Assembly (NCBI GenBank): GCA_031962025.1
Contig: JAVRKW010000004.1
Reading direction: 5' to 3' (one strand)
Length of the DNA: 64,000 bases
Source of the DNA: Pseudothermotoga sp.
Lineage (GTDB): Bacteria > Thermotogota > Thermotogae > Thermotogales > DSM-5069
Each line of letters begins with the position of its first letter. Positions within the stretch are counted from its first letter, which is position 1. A program made the translations under genes and the position numbers. Shown one piece after another: positions 58,937 to 64,000 of this stretch. The notes under the pieces were generated by a model. The model saw only the letters and a program-made list of their open reading frames with translations. It searched no databases and was not told the DNA's origin.

Positions 58937-60634
58937 GTGGTATCTGTGAAAAGAGGCTATGTTTTGATATACACTCTTATCATAATTGCCGCGATATCGA
59001 TTTTATCGATGGCTCTTTTGACAAACACCGCAGTTTACGTTAAAGACAACGCACTTGAGATAGAAAAAAACAACGCATATCTGTCTTCACAAAAACTTCT
59101 ACAGCTGTCTTTTGCATATTTAAAACCATACTTCAAAGGCATCGGTGGAATCGATCTTAGCTGGACTCAGTCAGATGTGAATCAAAACATAGAATGGTGG
59201 GACAGATTTAAAAAGCGTATGATTTCTCAATCTGATGGAGCTTACTGGCAGAACCTTTTCAGCAAGATCAACGAGCAAAAGTACTACGATCTTTCAACGA
59301 TAAGCCAGTTCAACCAGGATCTGAACGAGCTTGGCATTTCTGGTTCTTGCATCGTTCTTCCAATCACAGCTTCTTACCAGATTCAGAATAAACCGTACGC
59401 CGCTCTTTTGGTGAGTAAATCAAACAGCGGCAAACTGGAAGCTTACTCCGCCGCGGTCATTGCCATAGACTTTTTGAACAAATACGCCTATTTCACTGAG
59501 ACCGAGTATAGCCCTAACATAGGTCCAATATATTTCAAAACCGGTGAGGTGATAGACGGTCCGATGAGATCAAACGACTACATTTACATCAGCGGCAGCC
59601 CAAGATTCAAATCTTCCGTGGAAGTCAAGGGCTTGAAGTATAGAACTAACACTGACAGACCCATTTTCGATGATCCAACTTCACCGAAAATACTCACACA
59701 GCAAGACATTGAAGAATACAGAATGTCGATGATAAAAGACAACTATTCCAGCGACATCAATGCTCTGGTGAAAACTCCTTCAGATTTCATAAACAGTACA
59801 GTCGAATCCGGTATAAAATTGAACCTTACATCTATCAAAAGGGGGAACCATACGCTAACAGCGACAAAAGTTATAGTTGAATTTAAAAGTGCACAGGGTC
59901 AGGGAAATGATCATTTCATGAAAGTCTATGTTGAATATACTGGACAGGGTTCTGGTAGAGATCCTCTTTTTACTCTCAAACCAAGACCAAATGGTGGCTA
60001 TCAAATGATCATACACGGAAACGGCAGAGAATGGCTTGGTTTACAGGGTAGTGGTAATGATGAAACAAGAAATGTCAATTTCAATGGAATTCTCAAATCC
60101 AACCTTACCGTGGCTTTAAAAAATATCAGCAACGGCGGCCAACCAATGTATGTAGATGGAAAATACACTATCTATTCTGAACGTGATGTCGAGATATACG
60201 ATCACATAGTGTACGAAGATTTCAGAGACCTTTTTCCCCACAACAGAATTGACAATATAGTCGTGAATGAACAGATGATTCAGAACATGAGAAACACCGA
60301 GCGCACAGATTTTCTGAACATAGTCGCCAACAATTCAGTTGTTGTGAAAGATAAGGAACAAAATTTGAAAATAACTGCGAGTATCTACGCATTCAACGAA
60401 AGATTCTACGTAGAAGATTACAATACAGGAGGTCCATCAGGTCAGCTCACGATCTTTGGCTCTCTTATGCAAAATTACAGAGGTCCTGTGGGAACATTTA
60501 GTGGAGATACGACTGTCACGGGATATTACAAAAACTACGTCTATGATGAAAAAATACTTGAAGGCATCAGCTCTATCGGTACACCTGCCAAGAGAGAAAA
60601 AATACTCGTTTTGACGCTCAGAGGTGTTTATTGA
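58937..60634 (+). CDS. Large minor-pilin (PilX-like) protein with a beta-rich C-terminal domain
   Basis: KRG|YVLIYTLII (no Glu5); YAYFT, IDGPMRSN, LTIFGSLMQ..RGPVG, GYYKNYVYD. Confidence 0.7.
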   Translation: MVSVKRGYVLIYTLIIIAAISILSMALLTNTAVYVKDNALEIEKNNAYLSSQKLLQLSFAYLKPYFKGIGGIDLSWTQSDVNQNIEWWDRFKKRMISQSDGAYWQNLFSKINEQKYYDLSTISQFNQDLNELGISGSCIVLPITASYQIQNKPYAALLVSKSNSGKLEAYSAAVIAIDFLNKYAYFTETEYSPNIGPIYFKTGEVIDGPMRSNDYIYISGSPRFKSSVEVKGLKYRTNTDRPIFDDPTSPKILTQQDIEEYRMSMIKDNYSSDINALVKTPSDFINSTVESGIKLNLTSIKRGNHTLTATKVIVEFKSAQGQGNDHFMKVYVEYTGQGSGRDPLFTLKPRPNGGYQMIIHGNGREWLGLQGSGNDETRNVNFNGILKSNLTVALKNISNGGQPMYVDGKYTIYSERDVEIYDHIVYEDFRDLFPHNRIDNIVVNEQMIQNMRNTERTDFLNIVANNSVVVKDKEQNLKITASIYAFNERFYVEDYNTGGPSGQLTIFGSLMQNYRGPVGTFSGDTTVTGYYKNYVYDEKILEGISSIGTPAKREKILVLTLRGVY

Positions 60635-61017
60635 TGAGAGGGAGTTTACTGACAGAGGCAGTTGTTGCACTGCTTTTGGTGTCCATTCTTCTGGTTTTTG
60701 GGTTTGAAAGCATCAGTTTGTCATTAACGCAAACCAGCAAGATAGAATCAAAGATTCAAGCCACTGCACTGCTCAACTTCGTAAACGGATATCTTTCAAA
60801 GTACGAAATTGGAAATGATCTTTCCGATGTAACAGCTCAGTCCATAAACGAGCTTTACTGGAATGGAAATGTTCAGTATCCAAGGGTGCATTCTTTGAAC
60901 TTTGAAATTATCCAAAAAACTGTTTCTTCAAAAACCATCAAATACAGAAAGGCGATCGTCAAAATCGAACAAAGACCTGGACAGATAGAAGAATATACTC
61001 TCGTCTTTGGCTTGTGA
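60631..61017 (+). CDS. Pilin-like protein (PilV-like)
   Basis: RG|SLLTEAVVALLL with Glu at +5; overlaps the upstream stop. Confidence 0.75.
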   Translation: MMRGSLLTEAVVALLLVSILLVFGFESISLSLTQTSKIESKIQATALLNFVNGYLSKYEIGNDLSDVTAQSINELYWNGNVQYPRVHSLNFEIIQKTVSSKTIKYRKAIVKIEQRPGQIEEYTLVFGL

Positions 61018-61159
61018 ACAACCATCCACTTTTCAGCGATTCATCTTCCACGAAGTTGGGATTAATTTTGATAAGATTCTGTGTTATAATAAACTAAAAT
61101 CACTTGCTCGCCCACTTTACAATTCCCTCAGGCAGCAGGTTCCATGGGAGTGATGGCTT

Positions 61160-62338
61160 GTGAAAGTGAATGAAAGGATTTCTTTTGCGGTTTTGGTCAT
61201 GCTTGCCACTATGGTTTTGTTTTTCAGCACATCCATCTTTGCTGAAAAGGTCAGTCAGGAGCAGATCATTCAACTTGTCAAGCAACGCTCAGTTATTGCA
61301 AGAAAAATACCGGACGAATCTTTCAAAACAGCTCTGGACAGCCTGAGAAATACCAAGACATTGATGCAGTTGATCGAGATGACAAGAAAAGTAGAAAATT
61401 TTCAAGAGTTATCGAACACACCTGTGCCGATCAATTTCAACAGCGTGAGTGATTTCAGAAATTTCAAAAAACTCATCAAGGACAAACTCAACCCCGTGAA
61501 CTGGCTCGTCGATCTGGTTACGCCAAAGTGGGTCAGTTTTCTAAATGACACAAAGGAAGTCTTCTCTGCTGCAAGAGCAGATATTCTTGAACATGCTTTG
61601 AGAGAATCGACCTACCAGAATTACAAAATCAGCCGCGATATGGGAAATGATATGTACACAGCCTATGATCAACAGACAAACATAAAAGGCTTTTACGTGA
61701 TACGCTCTTCATCCGAGTACAAAAATTTGCCAGATTCAAAGGTCCATGAGCTTCTCATGCAGGTCATGGAAGAACGCTATAGAGCTGAAAAGTACGCCGA
61801 GTTTATTCTCGATCTCAGAGCAAATAAGGACCGATATATCTCTGAAATTGTCAAACCATACAGTGAAGCAATTAACACACTTGTGGAAAAAGCCAAGAAG
61901 ATCGCAGAACAAACCAGAGTTGATCTTACAGGAACCTGGACTGTGAATGATAGCGCTGGCAGATTCAACGGCACAATGACACTCAGTCACATTGATTTCA
62001 CAACGGTCATAGGTAGTATGCAAACACCAGCCGGGAAAATATATGTCTATGGAAACATTGAGGAAAAGAGCATAAAGTTGCAGTTCAATTTTTTCGGCGA
62101 AAGTTTGATCGATTACTATCTTCAATATCCAGAACTTTCAAAATACGTTGCTTCAAGAGGTGGTGTTACAGCCACAGTTGTGCTTTCAACAGATGAAAGC
62201 ACCGACTATTATTCAGGAACCCTGTACCCGTGGTATGTGGTTTACAACAACTCAAATGGTTTGGTTGTGAAAAAGATCGTCTACGGTACCTTAGAAGAGA
62301 GTGGAACACCAAGGTCAATCTCCATAGCCAGGAGGTGA
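61160..62338 (+). CDS. Secreted hypothetical protein
   Basis: Signal peptide; helical N-terminal part; C-terminal beta domain starting DLTGTW. Confidence 0.65.
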   Translation: MKVNERISFAVLVMLATMVLFFSTSIFAEKVSQEQIIQLVKQRSVIARKIPDESFKTALDSLRNTKTLMQLIEMTRKVENFQELSNTPVPINFNSVSDFRNFKKLIKDKLNPVNWLVDLVTPKWVSFLNDTKEVFSAARADILEHALRESTYQNYKISRDMGNDMYTAYDQQTNIKGFYVIRSSSEYKNLPDSKVHELLMQVMEERYRAEKYAEFILDLRANKDRYISEIVKPYSEAINTLVEKAKKIAEQTRVDLTGTWTVNDSAGRFNGTMTLSHIDFTTVIGSMQTPAGKIYVYGNIEEKSIKLQFNFFGESLIDYYLQYPELSKYVASRGGVTATVVLSTDESTDYYSGTLYPWYVVYNNSNGLVVKKIVYGTLEESGTPRSISIARR

Positions 62339-62342
62339 TTTT

Positions 62343-62834
62343 ATGAAAAAATTATCATTTCTCATCGCGGTTTTTTTGAGCTGTGTAGTTTTTGCCACAG
62401 AATACTTTTTGGATCCAAACAACGAATACGTGTATGCGACTTTGGAAGGTTTTGAGACATCTTATGATGAAAAAGATCAAAGCCTTTCTGTGATAAACCA
62501 GAATCTGAACATCTTTATCAACATCGTGAAATTGAGTGAACCAGTTGAAGGCTTACAGTTGAGCATGCTCGTACAGGAGATTCAAAAGAGTTTGGAAAAC
62601 TCCGGTTTCAAAATCCTTTCGATCGACGAGAGAGATTTTCAGAATTACAGAGCAAATTCATTTGAAACATTTGTGATCCAGGACGACATTCCTGTACGCG
62701 TTGAATTCACGATCTTTGAAGTAAAAAGCAAAGGTTTCTACATGATACTTTCGGCGGCACCAGATGATTCATACGATGATCTAAGAATGCTACTTTCAAC
62801 TGCCAAGCAAATGCTGATGTTTATCCAAAATTGA
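62343..62834 (+). CDS. Secreted hypothetical protein (possibly PsbP/DcrB-like fold)
   Basis: Signal peptide MKKLSFLIAVFLSCVVFA; AGGAGGTG RBS. Confidence 0.65.
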   Translation: MKKLSFLIAVFLSCVVFATEYFLDPNNEYVYATLEGFETSYDEKDQSLSVINQNLNIFINIVKLSEPVEGLQLSMLVQEIQKSLENSGFKILSIDERDFQNYRANSFETFVIQDDIPVRVEFTIFEVKSKGFYMILSAAPDDSYDDLRMLLSTAKQMLMFIQN

Positions 62835-62835
62835 C

Positions 62836-62867
62836 AAAAACAGAGCAGGGAAACCTGCTCTGTTTTT
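62836..62867. terminator. Bidirectional terminator
   Basis: AAAAACAGAGCAGG-gaaa-CCTGCTCTGTTTTT between convergent genes. Confidence 0.88.
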
Positions 62868-62879
62868 GTAATAAAAGTA

Positions 62880-64000
62880 CTATACCTTGAATTTTTTCAC
62901 CTGTTCTACCAAAGTTTCTGCAATAGAAGACAGTTCCTCTGAAGCACTTGATACACTCTGACTTGCATCTGCTTGCTGTCTTACTGCCTGTGTCATCTCT
63001 TGTATCTGCTGGGCAATCATCGTTATGGATTTTGTGGCTGTGTCCATCGCACTGCTCATTTCCTGCGCAGCCGCACTCTGTTCCTGTGCACTTGCCGCAA
63101 GACTTTCTATCTGCGTACTTATCTCTTCTACTCTCTTGAGTATGTTCATCAGCCTTTCTTTTACCACGTCAGATTGTTCCGCCGCCTTTTCAACTACCTT
63201 CACCGTCTCATTTGTAGCCGTACTTGCCTGCTGTGCTCCTTGCTGTATCTGACCGAGTATCTGCCCTATCTTGTCTGTAGCCTTCTTGCTCTCTTCCGCA
63301 AGCTTTCTTATCTCATCTGCAACCACCGCAAAGCCCCTACCTGCTTCTCCTGCCCTCGCTGCCTCTATCGCCGCGTTCAATGCCAAAAGATTTGTCTGCT
63401 CTGCTATAGAGTTTATCGTTTCTACTATCTCTCCTATGTTCTTTGCCCTTTCGCTCAATTCATTCACAGCTTTTTCTGTCTGAGCTGATTTCTCTTTTGT
63501 CTGGTCTATTATCTGTACTATACTCTGTACAGCTTTTTCTCCTTCTTTTGCCGCGTTATTTACTTCAGATGCTTTTTCTGTAAGACTCTGAGCAGACTTA
63601 GATACATTCTGTGCACTTGCCGCTACTTCTTCTATACCGCTTGTGACCTGCTCTATCGATGCAGATGCGTTCTGTGCACTCTTGTTCACTTCTTCCATCT
63701 GTGAAGATAATTCTTCACTTGTTGCACTAACTTCCTGTGCTGTACTTGCCAAACTTTCTGCAGATGAGTGTATCTGATTTGACCCTTCCTGTATTGATCT
63801 CATTGATTCTTTCAAAGCTTCTGCCATCTGTTCAAGTGATTTAGCCATCTGTGCCACTTCGTCTTTGCCTTTTGCTTCAAATTTCACAGTGAGATCGCCT
63901 TTACCAAACTCCACAGCTTTCGCCGCAAGAACTTTGATGGGTTTTGCAATGGAAGAACTCATGAAAAACACAACCACAGAAGCTATAACTATAATTACGA
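62880..64000 (-). CDS. Methyl-accepting chemotaxis protein (5' end outside window): TM2, HAMP and signalling domain
   Basis: GDLT...DEV HAMP pattern; [38 protein letters not shown]. Confidence 0.96.
   Translation of the reverse strand, partial: VIIVIASVVVFFMSSSIAKPIKVLAAKAVEFGKGDLTVKFEAKGKDEVAQMAKSLEQMAEALKESMRSIQEGSNQIHSSAESLASTAQEVSATSEELSSQMEEVNKSAQNASASIEQVTSGIEEVAASAQNVSKSAQSLTEKASEVNNAAKEGEKAVQSIVQIIDQTKEKSAQTEKAVNELSERAKNIGEIVETINSIAEQTNLLALNAAIEAARAGEAGRGFAVVADEIRKLAEESKKATDKIGQILGQIQQGAQQASTATNETVKVVEKAAEQSDVVKERLMNILKRVEEISTQIESLAASAQEQSAAAQEMSSAMDTATKSITMIAQQIQEMTQAVRQQADASQSVSSASEELSSIAETLVEQVKKFKV

Overview
A compact, roughly 40% GC chromosomal segment that looks like Thermotogae (Pseudothermotoga-like). 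This is inferred from gene content and order (fliM-fliY, glgA-galT-spoVS, ppdK, LonC, csaB) and from strong GGAGG ribosome-binding sites. Most of it is core genome: flagellar switch genes, four tRNAs, uvrA, tsaB, a LonC-type protease, ispE/tdk/xer, Moco/Wco biosynthesis, a Dpp/Opp transporter with murein-peptide peptidases, ECF ATPases, ppdK, HU, mnmE, pnp/rpsO, glgA/galT, udk, rpsB, miaB, a three-gene pilin-like operon and a partial chemoreceptor. I saw no CRISPR array, IS element, prophage or rRNA. The best leads are: (1) an unexplained structured non-coding element at 24301-24433, upstream of the molybdopterin operon; (2) a GlmS homolog with a remodelled glutamine pocket, back-to-back with a radical 2-hydroxyacyl-CoA dehydratase system; (3) a deletion scar joining the start of an Fe-S oxidoreductase to the middle of a formate/nitrite channel; (4) a 13-codon mini-ORF bridging rpsB and miaB through two ATGA overlaps across a terminator; (5) two C-rich, anti-Shine-Dalgarno-like RNA candidates; (6) a probable arginine synthetase (ArcE). 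All homology calls come from recognising motifs by eye, not from database searches. Several start codons were moved from the ORF track to RBS-supported positions.
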